Under the pieces are notes generated by a model. It was not told where the DNA came from and searched no databases. It saw nothing but the letters and a program-made list of their open reading frames with translations. The position numbers and the translations under genes are program-made. A stretch of DNA of 37,988 nucleotides, taken from positions 8,181,260 through 8,219,247 of the forward strand of contig JARFOE010000004.1 in NCBI GenBank assembly GCA_031763465.1. The letters are read 5' to 3'. Below are positions 37,311 to 37,988 of the stretch, one piece after another; the first letter of the stretch is position 1; each line of letters opens with the position of its first letter. The stretch comes from Squatina squatina. Its lineage: Eukaryota.

Positions 37311-37988
37311 NNNNNNNNNNNNNNNNNNNNNNNNNNNNNNNNNNNNNNNNNNNNNNNNNNNNNNNNNNNNNNNNNNNNNNNNNNNNNNNNNNNNNNNNNN
37401 NNNNNNNNNNTGCTCTGGCTCTGTTGCAGAGTTGTAATCACAGGGATCACTGAGAAGAACAAAGCATTTTACTGTTGACTACAGATACAAAAAAGCAGGA
37501 ATGATGATCGGTTTGAATGGAATTCAACATTATTTAGGGTTGGAACACTTAAATATCTAATTCCTTCTGTCAAAACTGTGGTGCTATAGCATTAAATTGC
37601 TCCTCACATCTGCAATGCTGACATGTGCCTGCATCTTTCAGCATCTTTTGCTCCCTGGTTTTTTGCAAGTCCTTTTCAAACTCGAAGATGTGTCAGTTTA
37701 AAATTGCCTTTCAAATGCTTGTAAAATACAACACTTCTGTAACCATGATTTGTTTGGTTCAAACCTCTTTGCAACGAAGAATAATGCTTGTCTCCGTAAT
37801 GATTTCTCATTCTCCTGAAATGATAGACTTTCTGCATTTCCGCTTTCGACAGCTGTAGAAAAAAACGTGAGCTCCATCAGAATACTTATTTGCCTGCTTC
37901 AATTGTTTTTTGTGCCTACTATCTATGAATTCTGAATATTAATGTCACTGTAGCTGGTTCTTACTGAGAACCAGTGGAGAATATTCAG

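Overview
Eukaryotic genomic DNA, most likely a cartilaginous fish (shark). The taxon is inferred from the repeat set: CR1, L2, Penelope, Tx1, a Deu-domain SINE and GC-rich MITEs. The assembly is fragmented, with 22 uniform 100-N gaps plus two short N runs. The window carries the conserved vertebrate block RNF217(-) / NKAIN2(-) / TRDN(+). Exons recognised with canonical GT-AG ends: RNF217 coding exons 1-2; NKAIN2 exons 2, 4 and the terminal exon; triadin exon 1, exon 3, the DQYxFCRY exon and several phase-1/1 micro-exons. I did not find several expected exons, which probably lie in the gaps, so the apparent compactness is most likely artefactual. The rest is intronic or intergenic DNA rich in retroelement fragments. 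It includes an uninterrupted Tx1-type ORF1 and several roughly 0.7-kb TIR-bounded MITEs, two with apparent 3-bp TSDs. Exon numbers and family names come from recalled vertebrate sequences, not database searches. I find no convincing evidence of a wholly new biological system. The best leads are the MITE group, the triadin micro-exon and splicing signals, and the Tx1 ORF1.
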